DNA of 63,973 nt, filler included, from Stramenopiles sp. TOSAG23-6 (GCA_900128565.1; 3 parts of 3 records of this genome joined end to end with filler, not necessarily neighbours in it); one strand, 5' to 3'; positions 1-11,137 are shown, counted from the whole stretch's first letter. Made by a program: numbers and translations. The notes: generated from the sequence alone by a model not told the origin.

Positions 1-968
1 AAAANGANGANGANGAAAAAAAAGAAGAAAAAGAAGAAGAAAGGAGACACAGAGACAGAAGCAACAGACGAGGAAACACCAGAAGCTGACAACGCTGTTG
101 CAACTGAAGAAACCCCAGAGGACGGCACAGAAGACAACGCTGTTGCAACTGAAGAAACCCCAGAGGACGATACAGAAGTTAAAGAAGAAACTAGAAGATT
201 TCGTTTCAGACAACTTAGCCCTAACCCTACAAGATTTCGTTTTAGACACAAAATACAAAGCCAACAAAATTTGTATTTGGGACTGAGAAATCGAAATATA
301 TCTAAAACTGGATGTGCAGATGTATGTTTTATTATTTTTTTTTTGAATTTTGATTTTGATTTTTTTTTTCATACGAAATTTTGTACCTAACAATTGTTTT
401 TTTACTCAATTTTTTTTTTTTGAAATATTTTTCCAAAATATATGGTCTTGCACCAACTGTAAAAGCTGACACTCCTCAACCTCCAACTCATTTCACAGAT
501 TTTTCATGTCAAACATTTTGTGTTATAAAAGATCTATTTTGTCAAGATCAAAGATTTGTGAAGTTTTCGCCAATGTACATGTATGTTTTATTTTTTTTTT
601 TTTTACCGAAAAAAAAAATCGAATTTATTTTTCGTACGAAATTTTGTACCTAACAATTTTTTTTAGATTTTTTTTTAAATATTTTTCCAAAATACATTGA
701 ACTACTCCAAGATATGCATGATCGTGGAATGATTGTTGACGAATCCGTTTATATCGCGATAATGCAACCTTTTATTTGGGATTGTACAGTTTCATCCGTG
801 AGTATCTTGCAAACACTTTTAGAGGATCGAGTTATGAGAGGTGGTGAAGCTACTGCTGATATATATCGATGTGTTATATTAGGTCATCAAAATATTGGCG
901 ATGAGGAAAGTGCAAATGAATTAATTAAAGCAATGGAAAATCAAGGAATGTGTTACCATTCAAGATGA
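1..968 (+). CDS. 5'-truncated protein with acidic N-terminal repeat and C-terminal PPR-like repeats; exons <1-321, 444-580, 698-968
   Basis: Frame 1 is open from the window start. Removing 322-443 and 581-697 gives ..SKTGCAD|GLAPT..KFSPMYI|ELLQDMHDRGM.. The C-terminus (IELLQDMHDRGMIVDESVYIAIM; IYRCVILGHQNIGDEESANELIKAMENQG) resembles PPR motifs. Confidence 0.6.
88..169 (+). repeat. Coding direct repeat, two copies of ~37 nt with period 45 (DNAVATEETPED)
   Basis: GACAACGCTGTTGCAACTGAAGAAACCCCAGAGGACG at 88 and 133. Confidence 0.9.
322..443 (+). other. Non-canonical repeat intron copy 1 (GT..TAT, 122 nt, phase 0)
   Basis: GAT|GTATGTTTT..TTTCATACGAAATTTTGTACCTAAC..GAAATATTTTTCCAAAATATAT|GGT; removal keeps the frame. 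Confidence 0.8.
581..697 (+). other. Non-canonical repeat intron copy 2 (GT..CAT, 117 nt, phase 2)
   Basis: TAC AT|GTATGTTTT..TTTCGTACGAAATTTTGTACCTAAC..CCAAAATACAT|T GAA; joins ORF 381 frame to ORF 714 frame. Confidence 0.85.
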
Positions 969-1019
969 ATAAACAAATTGAAAATAAACCAATTTTTATG
1001 ATGTATACTTCTTTATCGT

Positions 1020-4000
1020 TTACTTTTTCTTTATTGGGATACATTCTTCTCTGATCCAATATTTTGGTGATATTTCTTTTGCAAATCTTGAAACTTTTGC
1101 AAAATTCCCATTTTCATCCTTTAACACAAAAGTCGCATAAAACTCCTCCCGAGCTCTCGTCAATGCAACAAAAGCTAACCTTCGTTCTTCCTGAACATGA
1201 GTTGTAGAAAAATATGTCATTTTGTTTTCATTTTTTAATTTTTTTTAATTTTTTTTAATCTTTTGTTACGAAAACAAATTTTAATTTAAAAAAAAAAAAA
1301 AAATTAAAAACAACTTAATTCGAAATTGAAAACGTACATCAGTAATTGTATTTTGCATTATATTCAAATCATCTGCAAGAGTTTCAATTGTCGCAAAATT
1401 ACGTTGTGGTACTTTCCAATGCATACCCCAACGAACTCCATTGGTAAGTGATGAACTCGCAACCTTTGCTGATTTATATGCATTTTGTATCGGTGTCAAG
1501 ATCTCTTCATGTTGCTCAATTAAGGGTATTATTCTTTCATTGAAACGCATTAGAAATACAACTGGCCATTCTAAACCCTTTGCTTGGTGAATAGTTGACA
1601 CTACGACAGCATCAGCTCTTGTTTTGATACCATGTTTACTATGCTTCTCCATTTGTCTTCTCTGTAATACTGACAGTATACATCGACGGAGATTTTCACT
1701 TCCTTTACTTTTATTTTCTGTATTTGTTTCAAATTTGAGATCGATTTCATAGGCTAAAATATCTTCTTTCAAAACTGAAATATTATGTCTTTTTGTTTGC
1801 TCTGTTTTTTTATTTATTCGTAAATAGTCTAAATATCCTGTTTGTTGTAGTATAAAATTAATAATTTCACTTGGTTTCATGTCCACAATTTCTTTACGAA
1901 TCTTTTTAATGTCTCGACAAAGATTTTTTAGAGATTTTTTTTGATCTGAATTTAATTTTGGTATTATATTTTCGTCCTCTCTAGAATTTTGTCCGTCATT
2001 TGCGGCAAGACAAAAGACTTCCCATGCAGAGAGTTCAGGATCTGACTGCCATATTTTTTGTAATTCCTTTCGAGTTTTATGTCGTATACCCGTTGTTTTA
2101 ATGCCAAGTACACGAAATAATGAACTATTAAAATCAGATTCGTCATGTGATGAAAAAGGATTTGTCTTTGAGAAAGAATTGTTCATTCTCATAGTGAGTA
2201 CATCACACCAAGCGAGAATATGGATTATGAAAAAATATTAAAAAAAAAAACCTAAATTTGTTAGGTACAAAATTTCGTACGAAAAAAAATCTAATTTCGA
2301 AATTGAAATGAAAACGTAAATCCTTTACTTCTGGTGTAGCATAAGCATCACCAGAGACATGCTCTGCCGTATTTAACGTAGGAATATTTAACTTTTTAAT
2401 TGCTACTTCGACCATTTTTGCTAGTCTTTTCGTTCGGGCTAAAACACAAATATCACGAAATCGCCTGCCTCGCTCTGACCAATGGTGCCGTATATTTGAT
2501 GCGATACGGGACACTTCATGATGAATATTTAAACATGGTAATAAATGTAATTTACTACCATTGGCGTTTGAAGTCCAAATATTCTTCTGTTCCCTGCCAA
2601 AAAACGCATAAATTGGAATCCTACTAGAATATCCTATATTTTCTATACTTTTATTATTTTCTATATTTTTATTTTTCATCAGAATTGGCCCATTTTTACT
2701 AGGGTTAGTGCTAACTAATTGTTGTAAAACTCCTGTTGAATCTTTAGAATCTTTAGAATGTTTAGAATGTTTAAGATCTTTAGAACATTTATAATCGTTA
2801 TGTTGAATAAGAGAAAATGCTGCTTTGACAATCGTTTTTGTTGATCTAAAATTTCGTTTTAGTGTTAATATTTGAGTGGTGGGGAAAATATCTTGAAATA
2901 AAACAAAAGCACGTGCAGAAGACCCACGAAAACTGTATATTTGTTGATCATCATCTCCAACCACCGTAATAGCAAGTGATTTTTCACATAATAGTTGTAT
3001 TAAATCAATTTGTTGTTGACTAGCATGTATTTTGGAAAAATATTTCAAAAAACAATTGTAAAAATCGTTAGGTATAAAATTTCGTACGAAACAAAAATCG
3101 AATTTGAAAAACAATAAAACATATATCTTGAAACTCATCTACTAAAAAGTGTGTGAATTTTTTTCTAATATTTTTTAATATAGTATTTGCATTCGTTTTG
3201 AGCAACATCAAACACATCGGAATAATATCAGCGAAATCAACTAAATTTTTTTCTTGGAGATTTTTTTCATACATTTTGTATATTTCAAAAAATTCACTAA
3301 CAGCAGCACCAGATTTTTGCTTTTCTTTTTTACCACTATCCAGGCTATATTGCAACGGCGTCAAACTATTGATATATTCCGAAACCAAGCACGGTCGGTG
3401 CAATCTTTGTTTACACATTTTGATAAATTTCATACAAATTCCCACAGATTTTTCTACTACGGGATCTTTTTGACTATTATTTTTTTCAGTTTTACATTCC
3501 GTACCAAATTCCGTACCATTTGATATTTCTGTGTCTACGAAATCTTTTTCAATTTGATCAACTTTATTCAAAATTCTTAGATTAGTACTATCTAATGCCT
3601 GTATTGCTCCAAAATTATCACTATGGTGTATTTTATATTGTTTATAACATTCTCTAATTATTTTTTTCTGCTCTTCGGGATTGACCACTTTTAGCTCATT
3701 GGATGACCTACAGCGACCCGTGGCACCAACGTTTCTTTTTAGAATGCGAAGGCAAAATCCATGGAAAGTACAAACCTGTAAAGTTCGAATTGATTCACTT
3801 CGAAATACTTGACTCACTCGTTCTCGTATTTCATTTGCGGCCTTGCGAGTAAATGTCACAACACATATATTTTCAGCTTTTATACCTGATTGAAGCATGT
3901 TGATGATACGACAAGTCAAAGTTAATGTTTTACCTGCACCAGCAGAAGCGATAATAGCTAGGGGTCGATCAAAGGAAGCAGTGACTGCCTTTCGCTGATC

Positions 4001-4648
4001 CTGTGTCAGGCGCGCCATATATTTCTTATCCGAGGAGGCTACCAAAGAACCCAAGAGTTGATTTGAAAAAAGATTGGCAACATTAAGAGGTTCAATCGAA
4101 GACGTTGGAGTTTCGATGTTGTTTTCGTTTTGTTTGTTTGCACATGTTGCAGAAGTTTTTGTGCTTGAAGAATGCGGGTTTGAATTCAACTTTGTGATAG
4201 GTTTGGCGGACTTTGGTGTTTTGTATGTTAATAAAGTACTATTTTGTTGATGAGAGTGTGAATTACCCCGATTGCTAAGAAAAGTGTCCCACATACTTAC
4301 ATTATTTGTTTTAGTAAATCTAGATCTTCTATTTGCATCACTAGAAATCTTTTTTGTTGTTGCTGGATTCAAAGTATTCTGATTGAGATCAGAACGATGC
4401 TTACTATCGGAACTTTGGCGGGGGACAGATGTTTTCAGCGATTTCGAGAGATGTGTCGACGAAGAGGAATATCCCCGCTTTCGTTGATCAAAACCTCTCA
4501 CACAACTACGATTTCTCTTCCTTCGAGACTTCAAGTCGTTCTTGATTTCATAAGGTCGTGGAGGCAGGACCTTTGGGCGAAACCAATTAAACTTGTTCGG
4601 CATTCCCAATAAAAACTTGCCAAATCTGAAATCTGAGATTGGGGCCAA
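1020..4648 (-). CDS. SF1A UvrD/PcrA/Srs2-type ATP-dependent DNA helicase; exons ~4648(ATG 4603)-3125, 3024-2320, 2219-1338, 1196-1020
   Basis: Motifs LTQDQ, ASAGAGKT, TFTRKAA, TFHGF, DEFQD, VGDDDQQIYSFRGS, L.RNFRS, EVKDILAW, STIHQAKGLEW and EERRLAFVALTRA are spread over four ORFs that fuse in frame when three repeat introns are removed. The start codon is uncertain. Confidence 0.92.
1197..1337 (-). other. Non-canonical intron copy 3, degenerate (GT..CAT, 141 nt, phase 0)
   Basis: ACT GAT|GTACGTTTTCAATTTCGAA..TTTTCGTAAC..CATATTTTTCTACAACTCAT|GTT CAG GAA GAA CGA; gives ITD|VQEERRL. Confidence 0.8.
2220..2319 (-). other. Non-canonical intron copy 4 (TT..CAT, 100 nt, phase 0)
   Basis: AAG GAT|TTACGTTTTCATTTCAATTTCG..TACCTAAC..TTTTTTCATAATCCAT|ATT CTC GCT TGG; restores UvrD motif EVKD|ILAW. 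Confidence 0.88.
3025..3124 (-). other. Non-canonical intron copy 5 (AT..CAT, 100 nt, phase 0)
   Basis: CAA GAT|ATATGTTTT..TACCTAAC..CCAAAATACAT|GCT AGT CAA; restores Walker B region DEFQD|ASQQQ. Confidence 0.88.
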
Positions 4649-4756
4649 GCTTTGTTCGAACGAGTCGCCCTGTGTCTGCTGCTGTCATTTTTTTTTGTTA
4701 TTTGGGATCTTGTTTTATTTTTTTGCAGTAAAAAGTTTGAAAATAAATTTATTTTA

Positions 4757-7700
4757 TTAAGGAAGTGGATGAGAATTAAATTCTTCTTTTTTTAACATTT
4801 CCTTTCTTTCTCGTAGCTGAGCAAAATAATCACTATAGTAGTCACTATAATAGTCTGCATAATAATTTGAATAGTGCATGGTTGTATACATTCGTCTCTG
4901 TGAGTGATGGCATTTATCACAAAATTTCTGCTCTTTTTGACACAAATAACAATAATGTTTTTCTGTCGCATTTGAACCGAGTGTGTAAAGCAAAGTAGGT
5001 GTGAGTGTGTGTGTCAATGCCCTTGTCAAAGAATGTGTCAAAGTTATAGTCATTGAGCTGTGCAATGCATTTGGTAACATTTGGTTAATTATCTTTGGAA
5101 TTGAATATGAAAGAGATTGTGAAAGACTGTGTCCCAGTCCATAAGCAATCCGATTTGAAAGAAAATTTGTTAAAGGCAGGCGAATCTTACTTGTAACAGT
5201 AGCAAGTAGATTTGGAGTTATCGTATTTATTAGGCTTTCGCTAACAATTCCGCCAAGCATAGTAGTGAGTTTATGGACCAATTCCTTTAGCATTGGTTTA
5301 CAAGTTGCAGATAAACAAACGGCTTCTGATTTTTCAACCATTAGAAGTTGTCGGCCGCCACTGCGAATATTATTCTCACTGTTTGCAAATGAAAGATCAG
5401 TATTCTGTTCATTCTTATTCTTAATATTTTGTAATGCTTTTTCGGTATACTTCGTGAATGTGCGATCGAGTTTATCGGACAGGTGTTTAATACTGGCACT
5501 GCTCTTAGCGTCTCTTTCGGTAACAATGTCGGAAGATAGAGTAGCAAAATTTCGTATTCTTCGTTTACTCGAACCTTTCGCCATATTATTTCGCTCTTCA
5601 AGTTGTATGAGAATTGTATCAATTTCTGCATGTGTCATTATTTCATGTCCAATTACGTCATCTTTTTTTCTGTTGGGTTGTACATTCTTAAATTTAGGAA
5701 TATTATATTTATGATGCAATCTGTCATTCCATTCGAGAAATGAAAATGCCTTACCATTTCTATCATCTCCATTAATTGTTGAAACTTTAGAATCCTCGCC
5801 ATTTGTATCTGAATTTACATTAAACCATGATGAAACATCACTGTCTAAAATATTCCTCTGGTTTTCTTCCAGTTTTGTAAGTTTTTCCAGTATATTTCGC
5901 ATAGCGTAACTTTGTGCTTTGGCCAAATGAAGATTTTTTTCCTCAATGAAGGAAGTTCCTAAATCTTTCAATGCTGTAGAATAAGTAATATTTCTGTGTT
6001 TCTGTAGCAAATCTGTTACTACTTTGCCTTTCTCACCTCCAAGTCGATTACCATAATCTTCTTCTAATGATGTATCGATGCTTTCCTTGCCTTGTTGTTT
6101 TGCATTCGCAAAGATATTATCTATGGCATTAAAATACCCTTCGTGTAATGCTTTTGAGTTGTTTGCAAAATGTGACGCTTCATGAAGCCTGCCTTGACTG
6201 TGTAAATTAAGTAAATGCTTCAGTTTTGTTTGCTGATATTTTCTTAATTTTGACCTCTGTATCTCTTGCCACCTGGCAGATGCATTTGCAGAGAATGATG
6301 AAATAGGCAAATCATGACGTTCGAATCTATTTTGAATTGATTTGACGTATTCCTTTGCAAACATTGATGCACTAGCTGAACTACGAGATTTATTTTGTAG
6401 TATATATTCCGTGCCATTATTACCCGTAGAAGTATACAAATGAGTTATATTAGTTGTTTCGGTTATATTGTGTAAATTATTGAAATTATTAGAAGCAAAT
6501 AACTTTTCGCCACCATCATCGCCAAAATAACGATCCTGATGATAACCATTCCTTTTTGCTGCTGATAAAAGCTTTGCATTGGCCTCACGAAATCGTATAA
6601 ATTGTGGGTCACCATAACCACGACCAGTACCAAATGCAGTATTTTTTGATAACTCTGTCCAATTTCCAATGCTACTTCCAACGACAATATTCCTCATTCC
6701 CCAGACTTCTACACTTCGCCAACCAAACGGAGATTCTGCTTTTAGTGTTCGAATACGAATCCTTGAAGTTCCCCGTTTTGCTTTTGGAAAGTCTACTTCC
6801 AGCCACATTTTATCAAATTCTCTAACTTTGATTTCGGTAACTTTTTCCCATGTTTTGCCTTTCAATGAAGCAGATCGTTCAATGATGTGATGTGCATCAG
6901 CAATCTTTCTTCCAAACTTTCGAGTGTTTGGAATTTTCTTGTACTCTGTAGATAAAACAGCGATGTCATCATTTGCTTTCTTGCTGCATTTTTCAAGACA
7001 CAGTCCTGCTTTCCATGCAGCTTTAGATTGTGTACCCTTCACTTTGATAGATTTAGCTTTTGTAAGCATACACTTACTAGTACAATTCTTTCTTTTTTTA
7101 TCTAATTCGTTGACCTTTTTTGTCCATTCTGCCACAATACTTTTTGTCGCCGAGTTTTCTAATTGTTTTTGTGGTAGTCGAGTTTTGTCTGGGGGTCTAA
7201 ATACTCTTAAACGCATTCGTGTTACATTTTGAGGTTTTGTCCAAGATAATTCAAACCAGTGCGGTGGTTTAGTCGCGGCTGCAATCCAACCATACACAGC
7301 AGGTTTTCGGCTACCATGGTCCATCATTTTTTCTATGCCAACAGCTAGTTTAGCAGGAGTGTTGAAATTATCTAACATTTCCCAGAATGTATCCTTAGAA
7401 TGTAAGAATTGTCGGAGTAGTTCTGGCACATGAATATCCATTGGTCCACCCACACCGTACAATTTACGCATCCCATGCCAGAACTTGATTAGCTTATTAT
7501 GGCCTAGGTTCATTCCACCCGTAGCTTCTGAATCGAACCATTTTGTATCTTTAGTAAGTTTATGCTCTTTCTTTGTCCCAATTTCACTAGATAATACATT
7601 GGCCATTCGAGCCACTTGAAGAATATTATTCAATTGTGGCGATGTTATCCCGGAACCAGAGCTCGATGCGGTTACAGTAGCAGCGACAGAAATAAGAGCT

Positions 7701-10700
7701 TCCCAGTCAACAGTAACATTAAATGGGGGTGGTTGCATCGCTTTTATTGCTGTTACATTCGGAGATGGAAAGGGTGGAGCTTCCTCTGGTAACAATGGAA
7801 CTAATTCTCCTTTTGGAGGTTCTTCCCCTTTAACTTTTGCCATAAGTGTTGCAAGCTCATTGAACTGCTCCTGTAGATTTTCTTTTAGAGCATCTCTTTC
7901 TTTTTCCAAAGCTTCGATTTTTTCATTTGTTTTTTCAGCAGTATTTGCAATTTGTGCTGCTACATTCTTTTCTACTTCTTGCTTTTCAGTTTCTTTTTCC
8001 TTCAAATCATCTTTAAGGCTTTTCACTTTTGCCTGAAGCTCTGGAACAGTTGAAGCTTCAAGTCTAGTTTCTATTGCAAGTTTTCTTGCATTTAATTGAC
8101 CCATTTCTCTTTGAATACTTAAACATTTTTGTTTTTCCTTGAGACTTGCGCCACTAGTTGGTTTTAGCACCGATGTGAGACATTTATTGAAATTCATTTT
8201 TAAACCTTCTAATTTTGGGAGCATTCCAAATTCAGGTAAACAAGCTTTCGTTGTAGCCATCACTGCTGCCATTGTCAAATTCATAGGCACACCATTTGTT
8301 ATTGCGAGGGGTTTTATTTTCTCAAAATTAGAGCATTTTAACTCAAGTGGGCCCAAAAGATTCAAAAGCTGTTCCATTTTGAGACGTTTCATGTCCATTT
8401 CTATTTGTAATTTAATCCTCTTCATTTCCAATTCGATAGCTAGCTTTATTTCTTTGGCAAGTCTTATGGCAGCAAGTCTCATTTCCCTCGCAAGTTGTAT
8501 CGCAGCTTCAATTTCCAATTTTATTTGGATTTTAATTTGTTCTAACTGTTTAATAGTAAATTCAATAGCTAACTTCATTTGTTCAATCTTCAGCAATTGC
8601 TGGGCTATTTGCAGTTGTATTTCTGCTTTCATCCTGGCAATTTTGTCCATGATTTCTTGTTTCATTTTGTTAATTAATGCCATTATATCTGTGACGTCTG
8701 GAATCCCGATATTGAGTACAAGATTAAGTACGACTGGTATAACTTCAAGCATTACTTTTGCAGCCTTTTCAATCATCTGCATGATGAGTTGCGGTGCAGT
8801 CATCGCAATAACACAGAGGACAATTAAGCCCAACAACGAAGACATATCAAAACCAAATGGAAGGGGTGGTTTAGGGAAGGGAAGCATTGCTGGAAGTCCA
8901 AATCCTGGTAATACTACACCCCCGTTGGTTGGACAGTCGCCTTGATTCAACACAGATTTTGTATATTTTTTCCCATACACATCAAGTGGTTCTTCACCAG
9001 CCCTGGAATCTGATTCCATTAGAGATAGAGCTGGTACGATCCGATTATACCGGCGTTTCTTTGCATAATTTACAACACTAAGAAATGGATCGGTTTCTAT
9101 ATTACTATCTGACTTTGGCAACCCATGTGACCGTGTGGTTCTGTCTTGACTATAAAATATTGGCATCTGATTTACTCCGTATTTCATTGGACCAGTTGAT
9201 GAGGAAGTCAGTGTAGACATTTCAGATCCTATTTCCAAGAAAGAAGTACTCCGTTTTCCATACTCACCTTTAGCTGGATCAGTCGACTTTAACAGTCCAT
9301 TGATTGTATTTTCATAATAACTAACTTCTCTAGCATACTCTTCTTTTGATATGACTGCTTTTACATTATCATTTTCAGATGACTTTACTGATTTAGCTTC
9401 AGATTTGGATTTTTCTGCACAATACTGTGCTAATAATTTTGCTTTTTCTTGACGCTGTTTCATTGTAGATGTGCTTCTCGATGTTGATTTAAATGAAAAC
9501 ACATCAGAAGGAGAAAATTCTCCTGGTCTTGTTGCAGGTTTTCTAGATAAGTTGTATTGTTCTGTGCCTACAATGCCTCGTTTTTTGCATGCCATATACT
9601 GTGCTTGCTCAATTGAACAATTCCCCAAGTCATTTGCAGCTTTAAAGCATGATTTGAAGGCGGCTGTTTCTACAATACACCCGTTTGGATCTTCTTCCCG
9701 AAAAAATGCATATGCTGCATCGTATGCTGCTGTGGCAGAGGCTGACTCTAAAAATATAACTGAGCTCTCCGCATTAGCTCTGGCAAGAACATCTTCTGCG
9801 GTAATTGGGCCAATTAAATTCTCTACTATATCTGTTGAATTAGTCCTAACAAGACTATTTTGAAGAGTCTCTACTCGGCCACCATTTATTGTAGTATTAT
9901 CTCTGCTTAGATCTTTTATAGTATTATGTATTGTACCGTTAGTAGGGTTATGGTTTGCAGCAGCAACAACATTTTTTATAGTAGTTGGCGAATTCTTTGA
10001 CTTGGTGCTTTCATTTTTCCTCCTAACACTATTGGCAGCTTTCTCGGCCGCGGATGCTGCTACTTTTGGATTATGTACGTTTGGATTGACGATGATAAAT
10101 TCTGCAGCATTCAGTGGAACTTCATGGGGTGAGAAAGAAATTTTACCAATGAATGAATTTCCGTCGATATCTAAAAGTCCTTGACCCCAAATGTTTTTTT
10201 TTCCTGTCTCTTCATTAACGACATTTACGTCATTCAAAGAACGAAATATTAAACGACATGATGGAATAATGGAACGTGGTATTCGACCTCCAACTAACTG
10301 CTCTATACCAAATACAAGATTTGATAGTAATAATCGTACTGTAAGTATTGATTCCATCGCCTTATGGTTCTTAGAATTTTTATCTTCAATAATTTTCGAG
10401 TCGTTACTTGTTAATGGAAGCGTTCGAAACCACCGCCCAATAATGTCTCGACGGCCCATAATTGGAGAAAATCTTGGGTGGCCTGCCTTTTTTTGTGATG
10501 TGGTGAATTTCAAACTATTTGGGTCATAAACAACTTTTGATGGAAAAGTATTATTTTGAACCTTTTTGACACATTCTAGTTGTGTTGTAAGCTCAAGAAG
10601 ATCTCGAACAGATTCCCAATCTGCCTCATTGATAATTGGCCACGTTCCATTGAAAAATGGACCTCCATCTTGAGAAAAATGAACCCGAAAATTTGCAGAT

Positions 10701-10879
10701 TCGAGCACCTGTGAACGTATAGTGTCCTGCTCATCATGACGGCTCATTGTAGAAATCGACGCTCTTTGGAATTGGTAAGTGGACTCTCGGACGCGCAAAG
10801 ACTCTGCACTAATGACGAGATAAATCAAGAAGACTCCACTAAAAGTATTGCTCGCATGTCTCATTTGATAGTAAATCAT
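4757..10879 (-). CDS. Large intronless hypothetical protein (2040 aa), probably secreted or membrane-associated; coiled coils, possible discoidin-like beta segment, Cys/Tyr-rich C-terminus
   Basis: Uninterrupted 6.1-kb ORF with a hydrophobic N-terminus (GVFLIYLVISAES), internal hydrophobic stretch, long heptad regions, and C-terminal CYLC..FCDKC and YYADYYSDYYSDYF. Confidence 0.75.
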   Translation of the reverse strand: MIYYQMRHASNTFSGVFLIYLVISAESLRVRESTYQFQRASISTMSRHDEQDTIRSQVLESANFRVHFSQDGGPFFNGTWPIINEADWESVRDLLELTTQLECVKKVQNNTFPSKVVYDPNSLKFTTSQKKAGHPRFSPIMGRRDIIGRWFRTLPLTSNDSKIIEDKNSKNHKAMESILTVRLLLSNLVFGIEQLVGGRIPRSIIPSCRLIFRSLNDVNVVNEETGKKNIWGQGLLDIDGNSFIGKISFSPHEVPLNAAEFIIVNPNVHNPKVAASAAEKAANSVRRKNESTKSKNSPTTIKNVVAAANHNPTNGTIHNTIKDLSRDNTTINGGRVETLQNSLVRTNSTDIVENLIGPITAEDVLARANAESSVIFLESASATAAYDAAYAFFREEDPNGCIVETAAFKSCFKAANDLGNCSIEQAQYMACKKRGIVGTEQYNLSRKPATRPGEFSPSDVFSFKSTSRSTSTMKQRQEKAKLLAQYCAEKSKSEAKSVKSSENDNVKAVISKEEYAREVSYYENTINGLLKSTDPAKGEYGKRSTSFLEIGSEMSTLTSSSTGPMKYGVNQMPIFYSQDRTTRSHGLPKSDSNIETDPFLSVVNYAKKRRYNRIVPALSLMESDSRAGEEPLDVYGKKYTKSVLNQGDCPTNGGVVLPGFGLPAMLPFPKPPLPFGFDMSSLLGLIVLCVIAMTAPQLIMQMIEKAAKVMLEVIPVVLNLVLNIGIPDVTDIMALINKMKQEIMDKIARMKAEIQLQIAQQLLKIEQMKLAIEFTIKQLEQIKIQIKLEIEAAIQLAREMRLAAIRLAKEIKLAIELEMKRIKLQIEMDMKRLKMEQLLNLLGPLELKCSNFEKIKPLAITNGVPMNLTMAAVMATTKACLPEFGMLPKLEGLKMNFNKCLTSVLKPTSGASLKEKQKCLSIQREMGQLNARKLAIETRLEASTVPELQAKVKSLKDDLKEKETEKQEVEKNVAAQIANTAEKTNEKIEALEKERDALKENLQEQFNELATLMAKVKGEEPPKGELVPLLPEEAPPFPSPNVTAIKAMQPPPFNVTVDWEALISVAATVTASSSGSGITSPQLNNILQVARMANVLSSEIGTKKEHKLTKDTKWFDSEATGGMNLGHNKLIKFWHGMRKLYGVGGPMDIHVPELLRQFLHSKDTFWEMLDNFNTPAKLAVGIEKMMDHGSRKPAVYGWIAAATKPPHWFELSWTKPQNVTRMRLRVFRPPDKTRLPQKQLENSATKSIVAEWTKKVNELDKKRKNCTSKCMLTKAKSIKVKGTQSKAAWKAGLCLEKCSKKANDDIAVLSTEYKKIPNTRKFGRKIADAHHIIERSASLKGKTWEKVTEIKVREFDKMWLEVDFPKAKRGTSRIRIRTLKAESPFGWRSVEVWGMRNIVVGSSIGNWTELSKNTAFGTGRGYGDPQFIRFREANAKLLSAAKRNGYHQDRYFGDDGGEKLFASNNFNNLHNITETTNITHLYTSTGNNGTEYILQNKSRSSASASMFAKEYVKSIQNRFERHDLPISSFSANASARWQEIQRSKLRKYQQTKLKHLLNLHSQGRLHEASHFANNSKALHEGYFNAIDNIFANAKQQGKESIDTSLEEDYGNRLGGEKGKVVTDLLQKHRNITYSTALKDLGTSFIEEKNLHLAKAQSYAMRNILEKLTKLEENQRNILDSDVSSWFNVNSDTNGEDSKVSTINGDDRNGKAFSFLEWNDRLHHKYNIPKFKNVQPNRKKDDVIGHEIMTHAEIDTILIQLEERNNMAKGSSKRRIRNFATLSSDIVTERDAKSSASIKHLSDKLDRTFTKYTEKALQNIKNKNEQNTDLSFANSENNIRSGGRQLLMVEKSEAVCLSATCKPMLKELVHKLTTMLGGIVSESLINTITPNLLATVTSKIRLPLTNFLSNRIAYGLGHSLSQSLSYSIPKIINQMLPNALHSSMTITLTHSLTRALTHTLTPTLLYTLGSNATEKHYCYLCQKEQKFCDKCHHSQRRMYTTMHYSNYYADYYSDYYSDYFAQLRERKEMLKKEEFNSHPLP

Positions 10880-10986
10880 TAGAAAACAAAGATCACTAAA
10901 ATTAGAAATGAAAACATGAATGAACTGCTGCTGTCACGCTGTTTGTTCTTCTTTCACTTGAATGTGATTGCTCCTCTGAACTTCGT

Positions 10987-10998
10987 GTACCGGGTAAC
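10987..10998 (+). promoter_or_regulatory. Candidate promoter element GTACCGGGTAAC (second copy at 19094-19105)
   Basis: Exact 12-mer found in two short divergent intergenic regions. Confidence 0.35.
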
Positions 10999-11137
10999 AT
11001 TTTTTTTGAAAAATTCAACTCGCAACTCGCTCTACAAAAAGACAGCGGAGAGAGAGAGTTTGTTTCTCTCTAATTCTCTGAACTGTGTTGACAGGAGGAC
11101 AGTTTTTGTTTTCACGTGTGTTATATTAATAGATTAT

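Noticed and set aside
381-700. Short ORFs or ORF ends reading MYLT.., FVRNFVPN, RTKFCT, YEILYLT (also at 12061, 20738, 33796, 45987, 62241, 63723)
   Set aside because: These are translations of the intron repeat, not a protein domain.
2735-2790. 9-nt tandem repeat (SKD/SKH) in the helicase, and EAMRNT duplication in the DusA tail
   Set aside because: Ordinary low-complexity coding slippage in variable loops.
1020-4648. Fragmented helicase, ABCA, carboxypeptidase and DEPDC5 ORFs as pseudogenes or frameshifts
   Set aside because: Every break coincides with a repeat copy; exact removal restores frame and motifs, and no other lesions are seen.
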